Of a stretch of DNA of 64,000 nt, positions 10,801 to 25,800 are shown piece by piece (within the stretch, counting starts at the first letter, position 1; each line of letters starts with the position of its first letter). Source of the stretch: Lingula anatina (taxonomy: Eukaryota; Animalia; Brachiopoda); the NCBI GenBank assembly GCA_051362555.1, contig JBPQGU010000016.1, positions 1,054,001 through 1,118,000 on the forward strand, in the 5' to 3' direction. A model generated the notes under the pieces. The model saw only the letters and a program-made list of their open reading frames with translations. It was not told the origin of the DNA and ran no database searches. Position numbers and translations under genes: made by a program.

Positions 10801-13800
10801 CGGGTCAGTCACGGCGCAGTCGGTAGCGTGCTTGGATGCAAAAAAACAATACAAAGCGTCACCAACCATGGTAACGAGAAGTCACGAGTTCGAATCCCGG
10901 ATGAGGCACGTCAGTCCATCACGACAACGACCTTGCCCCCTGTTCGGGCAGTAACCAGAACGAATGCAGGCTCTCGTGGGTCCTAGCAATTTACCTTTTG
11001 CACAATAAAACGATATACTTGAGAATAAGTGATGGATTTAAAAAGAACATAGTAGCATAAAGTCTGCGTCGTCAATAATATGACATGGGAATGGTCATTG
11101 ATCTCTATCTTTTTCCAGCTACGTCACCGATCAAACTTGCATTGAGCTATTGCTAACCGCGTATAGAGCCTCGCCTGTCATACTGCAATTTCAGCAAAAT
11201 GGGCTCTTTTCTCGGTGGGATTTTCAGAGGAAAAAAGTTTTATTTTTTACAAAAGTCGCCCCGCCGCTATTGCTTTTACCAGTTGTAAACTACGTTTGTC
11301 TTCTTATGCAACCCCTTCCTATCTTGGGTCCATGCTTCTCGAGACGGTTCATATGTTCATTCAGTACCCGAGGCAACTCCACAGTCAACAATGAAAGAGT
11401 AAAATCTACTCAAAACTGAAACCGCCAAGGTGTGAACAGCTGTGGATCTCATCGCGCTCTTTAACGTCAAAGGTGAAACCACACGTTATCTCATTGCAAA
11501 ATAAAATGAAACTAAAAACATCTGAACTCATCTTACTAGGAACATTTCCAGCGGATAAGCAATGAAACCGATCGACCTTGTATTGATTCAGTAGCTTCAG
11601 GTATAACAGCACGTCATACCACCAACCGATCGACCTTGAATTGATTCAGTAGCTTCAGGTATAACAAACAACTCGTCATACCACCTGTTAACCGCGTTCA
11701 CCCGAAAAAAAATTTCTTCTGGGCAGAATTATTTGCCAAATATGTTTTACTCGAAATTCGCATCGACGCAATTGCTTGAATGGAAAAACACACCAGTTTT
11801 CTGCACATTTGAACGTTTTAATTACAATATACGCTTATTATCCGTTTTGTGAGCAAACGCATTTTTCTTACGGTATAGAACATCACAATAAAATGAAAAA
11901 GCAGGGCAAGTAAAGATTACTTGTCTTGAAAAAGTTTGTTGTAATTGTTTATATAATGGATAGGTCTACGTTATCAATAAATACGTTACCAAAAAACGTG
12001 AAGGTATTGTTTTCTGTTTTCATTCTTTGTTGTCCTTTGGTGCGACACTGTGGATGCGTGCGACGTTGTACATGTGCGCACGCATGTATATACGTCGCTC
12101 ATCCTTCTTTGTTACGTTATTATGATACATACGTTACCATGAAGCGTGTAAATATACATTTATTCTATTTACATTGGTTGTCTTTTGTTTTGTGGGCACA
12201 AAACACTTCTGCCTTAAAGTGTTGGCCCACAAAACGAAAGACAAACCACTGTAAATAAAATAAATAAATATTTACACGGATCACGGTAACGTATATATCG
12301 GTAACGTATGTATCATTTTAACGTAACAAAGAAGAATGAGCGACGTATAAACATGCGTGCGCACATATACAACGTCACGCGCACACACAGAGTCTTGACA
12401 AAGGACAACAAACAATGAAATCAAAAAATCATGAACTTTTAAAACGGTCATGAAAAACCTTGGTCGAGGACTGGGGTTGCCCGGGTTGAAATAGGGCACC
12501 CGGATTATCGATTGAAATAGCAAATATATACACATGTACATCCAAACTGGCCCTCTCCCTGACAAGCTAGAAAATTTCCATTTGATCCATCACTCAGCAA
12601 CGAAGCTTCTGTGGCTCCGTGGTAACTCCGTTGCCTTGTGCGTGAGTGTATCCTTGTCCGCTGGTTCGAGACCCAGCAAAATGACTCTGATATTTTTTTC
12701 CTAAAAGTAATCTGTAAAATTTGCTTTTGATTACTATAAGAGGAAACTCGTACCTACGGAGGGTGGGCGGGTCAGTCACGGCGCAGTCGGTAGCGTGCTT
12801 GGATGCAAAAAAACAATACAAAGCGTCACCAACCATGGTAACGAGAAGTCACGAGTTCGAATCCCGGATGAGGCACGTCAGTCCATCACGACAACGACCT
12901 TGCCCCCTGTTCGGGCAGTAACCAGAACGAATGCGGGCTCTCGTGGGTCCTAGCAATTTACCTTTTGCACAATAAAACGATATACTTGAGAATAAGTGAT
13001 GGATTTAAAAAGAACATAGTAGCATAAAGTCTGCGTCGTCAATAATATGACATGGGAATGGTCATTGATCTCTATCTTTTTCCAGCTACGTCACCGATCA
13101 AACTTGCATTGAGCTATTGCTAACCGCGTATAGAGCCTCGCCTGTCATACTGCAATTTCAGCAAAATGGGCTCTTTTCTCGGTGGGATTTTCAGAGGAAA
13201 AAAGTTTTATTTTTTACAAAAGTCGCCCCGCCGCTATTGCTTTTACCAGTTGTAAACTACGTTTGTCTTCTTATGCAACCCCTTCCTATCTTGGGTCCAT
13301 GCTTCTCGAGACGGTTCATATGTTCATTCAGTACCCGAGGCAACTCCACAGTCAACAATGAAAGAGTAAAATCTACTCAAAACTGAAACCGCCAAGGTGT
13401 GAACAGCTGTGGATCTCATCGCGCTCTTTAACGTCAAAGGTGAAACCACACGTTATCTCATTGCAAAATAAAATGAAACTAAAAACATCTGAACTCATCT
13501 TACTAGGAACATTTCCAGCGGATAAGCAATGAAACCGATCGACCTTGTATTGATTCAGTAGCTTCAGGTATAACAGCACGTCATACCACCAACCGATCGA
13601 CCTTGAATTGATTCAGTAGCTTCAGGTATAACAAACAACTCGTCATACCACCTGTTAACCGCGTTCACCCGAAAAAAAATTTCTTCTGGGCAGAATTATT
13701 TGCCAAATATGTTTTACTCGAAATTCGCATCGACGCAATTGCTTGAATGGAAAAACACACCAGTTTTCTGCACATTTGAACGTTTTAATTACAATATACG

Positions 13801-16800
13801 CTTATTATCCGTTTTGTGAGCAAACGCATTTTTCTTACGGTATAGAACATAACAATAAAATGAAAAAGCAGGGCAAGTAAAGATTACTTGTCTTGAAAAA
13901 GTTTGTTGTAATTGTTTATATAATGGATAGGTCTACGTTATCAATAAATACGTTACCAAAAAACGTGAAGGTATTGTTTTCTGTTTTCATTCTTTGTTGT
14001 CCTTTGGTGCGACACTGTGGATGCGTGCGACGTTGTACATGTGCGCACGCATGTATATACGTCGCTCATCCTTCTTTGTTACGTTATTATGATACATACG
14101 TTACCGTGAAGCGTGTAAATATACATTTATTCTATTTACATTGGTTGTCTTTTGTTTTGTGGGCACAAAACACTTCTGCCTTAAAGTGTTGGCCCACAAA
14201 ACGAAAGACAAACCACTGTAAATAAAATAAATAAATATTTACACGGATCACGGTAACGTATATATCGGTAACGTATGTATCATTTTAACGTAACAAAGAA
14301 GAATGAGCGACGTATAAACATGCGTGCGCACATATACAACGTCACGCGCACACACAGAGTCTTGACAAAGGACAACAAACAATGAAATCAAAAAATCATG
14401 AACTTTTAAAACGGTCATGAAAAACCTTGGTCGAGGACTGGGGTTGCCCGGGTTGAAATAGGGCACCCGGATTATCGATTGAAATAGCAAATATATACAC
14501 ATGTACATCCAAACTGGCCCTCTCCCTGACAAGCTAGAAAATTTCCATTTGATCCATCACTCAGCAACGAAGCTTCTGTGGCTCCGTGGTAACTCCGTTG
14601 CCTTGTGCGTGAGTGTATCCTTGTCCGCTGGTTCGAGACCCAGCAAAATGACTCTGATATTTTTTTCCTAAAAGTAATCTGTAAAATTTGCTTTTGATTA
14701 CTATAAGAGGAAACTCGTACCTACGGAGGGTGGGCGGGTCAGTCACGGCGCAGTCGGTAGCGTGCTTGGATGCAAAAAAACAATACAAAGCGTCACCAAC
14801 CATGGTAACGAGAAGTCACGAGTTCGAATCCCGGATGAGGCACGTCAGTCCATCACGACAACGACCTTGCCCCCTGTTCGGGCAGTAACCAGAACGAATG
14901 CGGGCTCTCGTGGGTCCTAGCAATTTACCTTTTGCACAATAAAACGATATACTTGAGAATAAGTGATGGATTTAAAAAGAACATAGTAGCATAAAGTCTG
15001 CGTCGTCAATAATATGACATGGGAATGGTCATTGATCTCTATCTTTTTCCAGCTACGTCACCGATCAAACTTGCATTGAGCTATTGCTAACCGCGTATAG
15101 AGCCTCGCCTGTCATACTGCAATTTCAGCAAAATGGGCTCTTTTCTCGGTGGGATTTTCAGAGGAAAAAAGTTTTATTTTTTACAAAAGTCGCCCCGCCG
15201 CTATTGCTTTTACCAGTTGTAAACTACGTTTGTCTTCTTATGCAACCCCTTCCTATCTTGGGTCCATGCTTCTCGAGACGGTTCATATGTTCATTCAGTA
15301 CCCGAGGCAACTCCACAGTCAACAATGAAAGAGTAAAATCTACTCAAAACTGAAACCGCCAAGGTGTGAACAGCTGTGGATCTCATCGCGCTCTTTAACG
15401 TCAAAGGTGAAACCACACGTTATCTCATTGCAAAATAAAATGAAACTAAAAACATCTGAACTCATCTTACTAGGAACATTTCCAGCGGATAAGCAATGAA
15501 ACCGATCGACCTTGTATTGATTCAGTAGCTTCAGGTATAACAGCACGTCATACCACCAACCGATCGACCTTGAATTGATTCAGTAGCTTCAGGTATAACA
15601 AACAACACGTCATACCACCTGTTAACCGCGTTCACCCGAAAAAAAATTTCTTCTGGGCAGAATTATTTGCCAAATATGTTTTACTCGAAATTCGCATCGA
15701 CGCAATTGCTTGAATGGAAAAACACACCAGTTTTCTGCACATTTGAACGTTTTAATTACAATATACGCTTATTATCCGTTTTGTGAGCAAACGCATTTTT
15801 CTTACGGTATAGAACATAACAATAAAATGAAAAAGCAGGGCAAGTAAAGATTACTTGTCTTGAAAAAGTTTGTTGTAATTGTTTATATAATGGATAGGTC
15901 TACGTTATCAATAAATACGTTACCAAAAAACGTGAAGGTATTGTTTTCTGTTTTCATTCTTTGTTGTCCTTTGGTGCGACACTGTGGATGCGTGCGACGT
16001 TGTACATGTGCGCACGCATGTATATACGTCGCTCATCCTTCTTTGTTACGTTATTATGATACATACGTTACCGTGAAGCGTGTAAATATACATTTATTCT
16101 ATTTACATTGGTTGTCTTTTGTTTTGTGGGCACAAAACACTTCTGCCTTAAAGTGTTGGCCCACAAAACGAAAGACAAACCACTGTAAATAAAATAAATA
16201 AATATTTACACGGATCACGGTAACGTATATATCGGTAACGTATGTATCATTTTAACGTAACAAAGAAGAATGAGCGACGTATAAACATGCGCGCGCACAT
16301 ATACAACGTCACGCGCACACACAGAGTCTTGACAAAGGACAACAAACAATGAAATCAAAAAATCATGAACTTTTAAAACGGTCATGAAAAACCTTGGTCG
16401 AGGACTGGGGTTGCCCGGGTTGAAATAGGGCACCCGGATTATCGATTGAAATAGCAAATATATACACATGTACATCCAAACTGGCCCTCTCCCTGACAAG
16501 CTAGAAAATTTCCATTTGATCCATCACTCAGCAACGAAGCTTCTGTGGCTCCGTGGTAACTCCGTTGCCTTGTGCGTGAGTGTATCCTTGTCCGCTGGTT
16601 CGAGACCCAGCAAAATGACTCTGATATTTTTTTCCTAAAAGTAATCTGTAAAATTTGCTTTTGATTACTATAAGAGGAAACTCGTACCTACGGAGGGTGG
16701 GCGGGTCAGTCACGGCGCAGTCGGTAGCGTGCTTGGATGCAAAAAAACAATACAAAGCGTCACCAACCATGGTAACGAGAAGTCACGAGTTCGAATCCCG

Positions 16801-19800
16801 GATGAGGCACGTCAGTCCATCACGACAACGACCTTGCCCCCTGTTCGGGCAGTAACCAGAACGAATGCGGGCTCTCGTGGGTCCTAGCAATTTACCTTTT
16901 GCACAATAAAACGATATACTTGAGAATAAGTGATGGATTTAAAAAGAACATAGTAGCATAAAGTCTGCGTCGTCAATAATATGACATGGGAATGGTCATT
17001 GATCTCTATCTTTTTCCAGCTACGTCACCGATCAAACTTGCATTGAGCTATTGCTAACCGCGTATAGAGCCTCGCCTGTCATACTGCAATTTCAGCAAAA
17101 TGGGCTCTTTTCTCGGTGGGATTTTCAGAGGAAAAAAGTTTTATTTTTTACAAAAGTCGCCCCGCCGCTATTGCTTTTACCAGTTGTAAACTACGTTTGT
17201 CTTCTTATGCAACCCCTTCCTATCTTGGGTCCATGCTTCTCGAGACGGTTCATATGTTCATTCAGTACCCGAGGCAACTCCACAGTCAACAATGAAAGAG
17301 TAAAATCTACTCAAAACTGAAACCGCCAAGGTGTGAACAGCTGTGGATCTCATCGCGCTCTTTAACGTCAAAGGTGAAACCACACGTTATCTCATTGCAA
17401 AATAAAATGAAACTAAAAACATCTGAACTCATCTTACTAGGAACATTTCCAGCGGATAAGCAATGAAACCGATCGACCTTGTATTGATTCAGTAGCTTCA
17501 GGTATAACAGCACGTCATACCACCAACCGATCGACCTTGAATTGATTCAGTAGCTTCAGGTATAACAAACAACACGTCATACCACCTGTTAACCGCGTTC
17601 ACCCGAAAAAAAATTTCTTCTGGGCAGAATTATTTGCCAAATATGTTTTACTCGAAATTCGCATCGACGCAATTGCTTGAATGGAAAAACACACCAGTTT
17701 TCTGCACATTTGAACGTTTTAATTACAATATACGCTTATTATCCGTTTTGTGAGCAAACGCATTTTTCTTACGGTATAGAACATAACAATAAAATGAAAA
17801 AGCAGGGCAAGTAAAGATTACTTGTCTTGAAAAAGTTTGTTGTAATTGTTTATATAATGGATAGGTCTACGTTATCAATAAATACGTTACCAAAAAACGT
17901 GAAGGTATTGTTTTCTGTTTTCATTCTTTGTTGTCCTTTGGTGCGACACTGTGGATGCGTGCGACGTTGTACATGTGCGCACGCATGTATATACGTCGCT
18001 CATCCTTCTTTGTTACGTTATTATGATACATACGTTACCGTGAAGCGTGTAAATATACATTTATTCTATTTACATTGGTTGTCTTTTGTTTTGTGGGCAC
18101 AAAACACTTCTGCCTTAAAGTGTTGGCCCACAAAACGAAAGACAAACCACTGTAAATAAAATAAATAAATATTTACACGGATCACGGTAACGTATATATC
18201 GGTAACGTATGTATCATTTTAACGTAACAAAGAAGAATGAGCGACGTATAAACATGCGCGCGCACATATACAACGTCACGCGCACACACAGAGTCTTGAC
18301 AAAGGACAACAAACAATGAAATCAAAAAATCATGAACTTTTAAAACGGTCATGAAAAACCTTGGTCGAGGACTGGGGTTGCCCGGGTTGAAATAGGGCAC
18401 CCGGATTATCGATTGAAATAGCAAATATATACACATGTACATCCAAACTGGCCCTCTCCCTGACAAGCTAGAAAATTTCCATTTGATCCATCACTCAGCA
18501 ACGAAGCTTCTGTGGCTCCGTGGTAACTCCGTTGCCTTGTGCGTGAGTGTATCCTTGTCCGCTGGTTCGAGACCCAGCAAAATGACTCTGATATTTTTTT
18601 CCTAAAAGTAATCTGTAAAATTTGCTTTTGATTACTATAAGAGGAAACTCGTACCTACGGAGGGTGGGCGGGTCAGTCACGGCGCAGTCGGTAGCGTGCT
18701 TGGATGCAAAAAAACAATACAAAGCGTCACCAACCATGGTAACGAGAAGTCACGAGTTCGAATCCCGGATGAGGCACGTCAGTCCATCACGACAACGACC
18801 TTGCCCCCTGTTCGGGCAGTAACCAGAACGAATGCGGGCTCTCGTGGGTCCTAGCAATTTACCTTTTGCACAATAAAACGATATACTTGAGAATAAGTGA
18901 TGGATTTAAAAAGAACATAGTAGCATAAAGTCTGCGTCGTCAATAATATGACATGGGAATGGTCATTGATCTCTATCTTTTTCCAGCTACGTCACCGATC
19001 AAACTTGCATTGAGCTATTGCTAACCGCGTATAGAGCCTCGCCTGTCATACTGCAATTTCAGCAAAATGGGCTCTTTTCTCGGTGGGATTTTCAGAGGAA
19101 AAAAGTTTTATTTTTTACAAAAGTCGCCCCGCCGCTATTGCTTTTACCAGTTGTAAACTACGTTTGTCTTCTTATGCACCCCCTTCCTATCTTGGGTCCA
19201 TGCTTCTCGAGACGGTTCATATGTTCATTCAGTACCCGAGGCAACTCCACAGTCAACAATGAAAGAGTAAAATCTACTCAAAACTGAAACCGCCAAGGTG
19301 TGAACAGCTGTGGATCTCATCGCGCTCTTTAACGTCAAAGGTGAAACCACACGTTATCTCATTGCAAAATAAAATGAAACTAAAAACATCTGAACTCATC
19401 TTACTAGGAACATTTCCAGCGGATAAGCAATGAAACCGATCGACCTTGTATTGATTCAGTAGCTTCAGGTATAACAGCACGTCATACCACCAACCGATCG
19501 ACCTTGAATTGATTCAGTAGCTTCAGGTATAACAAACAACACGTCATACCACCTGTTAACCGCGTTCACCCGAAAAAAAATTTCTTCTGGGCAGAATTAT
19601 TTGCCAAATATGTTTTACTCGAAATTCGCATCGACGCAATTGCTTGAATGGAAAACACACCAGTTTTCTGCACATTTGAACGTTTTAATTACAATATACG
19701 CTTATTATCCGTTTTGTGAGCAAACGCATTTTTCTTACGGTATAGAACATAACAATAAAATGAAAAAGCAGGGCAAGTAAAGATTACTTGTCCTGAAAAA

Positions 19801-22800
19801 GTTTGTTGTAATTGTTTATATAATGGATAGGTCTACGTTATCAATAAATACGTTACCAAAAAACGTGAAGGTATTGTTTTCTGTTTTCATTCTTTGTTGT
19901 CCTTTGGTGCGACACTGTGGATGCGTGCGACGTTGTACATGTGCGCACGCATGTATATACGTCGCTCATCCTTCTTTGTTACGTTATTATGATACATACG
20001 TTACCGTGAAGCGTGTAAATATACATTTATTCTATTTACATTGGTTGTCTTTTGTTTTGTGGGCACAAAACACTTCTGCCTTAAAGTGTTGGCCCACAAA
20101 ACGAAAGACAAACCACTGTAAATAAAATAAATAAATATTTACACGGATCACGGTAACGTATATATCGGTAACGTATGTATCATTTTAACGTAACAAAGAA
20201 GAATGAGCGACGTATAAACATGCGCGCGCACATATACAACGTCACGCGCACACACAGAGTCTTGACAAAGGACAACAAACAATGAAATCAAAAAATCATG
20301 AACTTTTAAAACGGTCATGAAAAACCTTGGTCGAGGACTGGGGTTGCCCGGGTTGAAATAGGGCACCCGGATTATCGATTGAAATAGCAAATATATACAC
20401 ATGTACATCCAAACTGGCCCTCTCCCTGACAAGCTAGAAAATTTCCATTTGATCCATCACTCAGCAACGAAGCTTCTGTGGCTCCGTGGTAACTCCGTTG
20501 CCTTGTGCGTGAGTGTATCCTTGTCCGCTGGTTCGAGACCCAGCAAAATGACTCTGATATTTTTTTCCTAAAAGTAATCTGTAAAATTTGCTTTTGATTA
20601 CTATAAGAGGAAACTCGTACCTACGGAGGGTGGGCGGGTCAGTCACGGCGCAGTCGGTAGCGTGCTTGGATGCAAAAAAACAATACAAAGCGTCACCAAC
20701 CATGGTAACGAGAAGTCACGAGTTCGAATCCCGGATGAGGCACGTCAGTCCATCACGACAACGACCTTGCCCCCTGTTCGGGCAGTAACCAGAACGAATG
20801 CGGGCTCTCGTGGGTCCTAGCAATTTACCTTTTGCACAATAAAACGATATACTTGAGAATAAGTGATGGATTTAAAAAGAACATAGTAGCATAAAGTCTG
20901 CGTCGTCAATAATATGACATGGGAATGGTCATTGATCTCTATCTTTTTCCAGCTACGTCACCGATCAAACTTGCATTGAGCTATTGCTAACCGCGTATAG
21001 AGCCTCGCCTGTCATACTGCAATTTCAGCAAAATGGGCTCTTTTCTCGGTGGGATTTTCAGAGGAAAAAAGTTTTATTTTTTACAAAAGTCGCCCCGCCG
21101 CTATTGCTTTTACCAGTTGTAAACTACGTTTGTCTTCTTATGCAACCCCTTCCTATCTTGGATCCATGCTTCTCGAGACGGTTCATATGTTCATTCAGTA
21201 CCCGAGGCAACTCCACAGTCAACAATGAAAGAGTAAAATCTACTCAAAACTGAAACCGCCAAGGTGTGAACAGCTGTGGATCTCATCGCGCTCTTTAACG
21301 TCAAAGGTGAAACCACACGTTATCTCATTGCAAAATAAAATGAAACTAAAAACATCTGAACTCATCTTACTAGGAACATTTCCAGCGGATAAGCAATGAA
21401 ACCGATCGACCTTGTATTGATTCAGTAGCTTCAGGTATAACAGCACGTCATACCACCAACCGATCGACCTTGAATTGATTCAGTAGCTTCAGGTATAACA
21501 AACAACACGTCATACCACCTGTTAACCGCGTTCACCCGAAAAAAAATTTCTTCTGGGCAGAATTATTTGCCAAATATGTTTTACTCGAAATTCACATCGA
21601 CGCAATTGCTTGAATGGAAAACACACCAGTTTTCTGCACATTTGAACGTTTTAATTACAATATACGCTTATTATCCGTTTTGTGAGCAAACGCATTTTTC
21701 TTACGGTATAGAACATAACAATAAAATGAAAAAGCAGGGCAAGTAAAGATTACTTGTCTTGAAAAAGTTTGTTGTAATTGTTTATATAATGGATAGGTCT
21801 ACGTTATCAATAAATACGTTACCAAAAAACGTGAAGGTATTGTTTTCTGTTTTCATTCTTTGTTGTCCTTTGGTGCGACACTGTGGATGCGTGCGACGTT
21901 GTACATGTGCGCACGCATGTATATTCGTCGCTCATCCTTCTTTGTTACGTTATTATGATACATACGTTACCGTGAAGCGTGTAAATATACATTTATTCTA
22001 TTTACATTGGTTGTCTTTTGTTTTGTGGGCACAAAACACTTCTGCCTTAAAGTGTTGGCCCACAAAACGAAAGACAAACCACTGTAAATAAAATAAATAA
22101 ATATTTACACGGATCACGGTAACGTATATATCGGTAACGTATGTATCATTTTAACGTAACAAAGAAGAATGAGCGACGTATAAACATGCGCGCGCACATA
22201 TACAACGTCACGCGCACACACAGAGTCTTGACAAAGGACAACAAACAATGAAATCAAAAAATCATGAACTTTTAAAACGGTCATGAAAAACCTTGGTCGA
22301 GGACTGGGGTTGCCCGGGTTGAAATAGGGCACCCGGATTATCGATTGAAATAGCAAATATATACACATGTACATCCAAACTGGCCCTCTCCCTGACAAGC
22401 TAGAAAATTTCCATTTGATCCATCACTCAGCAACGAAGCTTCTGTGGCTCCGTGGTAACTCCGTTGCCTTGTGCGTGAGTGTACCCTTGTCCGCTGGTTC
22501 GAGACCCAGCAAAATGACTCTGATATTTTTTTCCTAAAAGTAATCTGTAAAATTTGCTTTTGATTACTATAAGAGGAAACTCGTACCTACGGAGGGTGGG
22601 CGGGTCAGTCACGGCGCAGTCGGTAGCGTGCTTGGATGCAAAAAAACAATACAAAGCGTCACCAACCATGGTAACGAGAAGTCACGAGTTCGAATCCCGG
22701 ATGAGGCACGTCAGTCCATCACGACAACGACCTTGCCCCCTGTTCGGGCAGTAACCAGAACGAATGCGGGCTCTCGTGGGTCCTAGCAATTTACCTTTTG

Positions 22801-25800
22801 CACAATAAAACGATATACTTGAGAATAAGTGATGGATTTAAAAAGAACATAGTAGCATAAAGTCTGCGGCGTCAATAATATGACATGGGAATGGTCATTG
22901 ATCTCTATCTTTTTCCAGCTACGTCACCGATCAAACTTGCATTGAGCTATTGCTAACCGCGTATAGAGCCTCGCCTGTCATACTGCAATTTCAGCAAAAT
23001 GGGCTCTTTTCTCGGTGGGATTTTCAGAGGAAAAAAGTTTTATTTTTTACAAAAGTCGCCCCGCCGCTATTGCTTTTACCAGTTGTAAACTACGTTTGTC
23101 TTCTTATGCAACCCCTTCCTATCTTGGGTCCATGCTTCTCGAGACGGTTCATATGTTCATTCAGTACCCGAGGCAACTCCACAGTCAACAATGAAAGAGT
23201 AAAATCTACTCAAAACTGAAACCGCCAAGGTGTGAACAGCTGTGGATCTCATCGCGCTCTTTAACGTCAAAGGTGAAACCACACGTTATCTCGTTGCAAA
23301 ATAAAATGAAACTAAAAACATCTGAACTCATCTTACTAGGAACATTTCCAGCGGATAAGCAATGAAACCGATCGACCTTGTATTGATTCAGTAGCTTCAG
23401 GTATAACAGCACGTCATACCACCAACCGATCGACCTTGAATTGATTCAGTAGCTTCAGGTATAACAAACAACACGTCATACCACCTGTTAACCGCGTTCA
23501 CCCGAAAAAAAATTTCTTCTGGGCAGAATTATTTGCCAAATATGTTTTACTCGAAATTCGCATCGACGCAATTGCTTGAATGGAAAACACACCAGTTTTC
23601 TGCACATTTGAACGTTTTAATTACAATATACGCTTATTATCCGTTTTGTGAGCAAACGCATTTTTCTTACGGTATAGAACATAACAATAAAATGAAAAAG
23701 CAGGGCAAGTAAAGATTACTTGTCTTGAAAAAGTTTGTTGTAATTGTTTATATAATGGATAGGTCTACGTTATCAATAAATACGTTACCAAAAAACGTGA
23801 AGGTATTGTTTTCTGTTTTCATTCTTTGTTGTCCTTTGGTGCGACACTGTGGATGCGTGCGACGTTGTACATGTGCGCACGCATGTATATACGTCGCTCA
23901 TCCTTCTTTGTTACGTTATTATGATACATACGTTACCATGAAGCGTGTAAATATACATTTATTCTATTTACATTGGTTGTCTTTTGTTTTGTGGGCACAA
24001 AACACTTCTGCCTTAAAGTGTTGGCCCACAAAACGAAAGACAAACCACTGTAAATAAAATAAATAAATATTTACACGGATCACGGTAACGTATATATCGG
24101 TAACGTATGTATCATTTTAACGTAACAAAGAAGAATGAGCGACGTATAAACATGCGTGCGCACATATACAACGTCACGCGCACACACAGAGTCTTGACAA
24201 AGGACAACAAACAATGAAATCAAAAAATCATGAACTTTTAAAACGGTCATGAAAAACCTTGGTCGAGGACTGGGGTTGCCCGGGTTGAAATAGGGCACCC
24301 GGATTATCGATTGAAATAGCAAATATATACACATGTACATCCAAACTGGCCCTCTCCCTGACAAGCTAGAAAATTTCCATTTGATCCATCACTCAGCAAC
24401 GAAGCTTCTGTGGCTCCGTGGTAACTCCGTTGCCTTGTGCGTGAGTGTATCCTTGTCCGCTGGTTCGAGACCCAGCAAAATGACTCTGATATTTTTTTCC
24501 TAAAAGTAATCTGTAAAATTTGCTTTTGATTACTATAAGAGGAAACTCGTACCTACGGAGGGTGGGCGGGTCAGTCACGGCGCAGTCGGTAGCGTGCTTG
24601 GATGCAAAAAAACAATACAAAGCGTCACCAACCATGGTAACGAGAAGTCACGAGTTCGAATCCCGGATGAGGCACGTCAGTCCATCACGACAACGACCTT
24701 GCCCCCTGTTCGGGCAGTAACCAGAACGAATGCGGGCTCTCGTGGGTCCTAGCAATTTACCTTTTGCACAATAAAACGATATACTTGAGAATAAGTGATG
24801 GATTTAAAAAGAACATAGTAGCATAAAGTCTGCGTCGTCAATAATATGACATGGGAATGGTCATTGATCTCTATCTTTTTCCAGCTACGTCACCGATCAA
24901 ACTTGCATTGAGCTATTGCTAACCGCGTATAGAGCCTCGCCTGTCATACTGCAATTTCAGCAAAATGGGCTCTTTTCTCGGTGGGATTTTCAGAGGAAAA
25001 AAGTTTTATTTTTTACAAAAGTCGCCCCGCCGCTATTGCTTTTACCAGTTGTAAACTACGTTTGTCTTCTTATGCAACCCCTTCCTATCTTGGGTCCATG
25101 CTTCTCGAGACGGTTCATATGTTCATTCAGTACCCGAGGCAACTCCACAGTCAACAATGAAAGAGTAAAATCTACTCAAAACTGAAACCGCCAAGGTGTG
25201 AACAGCTGTGGATCTCATCGCGCTCTTTAACGTCAAAGGTGAAACCACACGTTATCTCATTGCAAAATAAAATGAAACTAAAAACATCTGAACTCATCTT
25301 ACTAGGAACATTTCCAGCGGATAAGCAATGAAACCGATCGACCTTGTATTGATTCAGTAGCTTCAGGTATAACAGCACGTCATACCACCAACCGATCGAC
25401 CTTGAATTGATTCAGTAGCTTCAGGTATAACAAACAACTCGTCATACCACCTGTTAACCGCGTTCACCCGAAAAAAAATTTCTTCTGGGCAGAATTATTT
25501 GCCAAATATGTTTTACTCGAAATTCGCATCGACGCAATTGCTTGAATGGAAAAACACACCAGTTTTCTGCACATTTGAACGTTTTAATTACAATATACGC
25601 TTATTATCCGTTTTGTGAGCAAACGCATTTTTCTTACCGTATAGAACATAACAATAAAATGAAAAAGCAGGGCAAGTAAAGATTACTTGTCTTGAAAAAG
25701 TTTGTTGTAATTGTTTATATAATGGATAGGTCTACGTTATCAATAAATACGTTACCAAAAAACGTGAAGGTATTGTTTTCTGTTTTCATTCTTTGTTGTC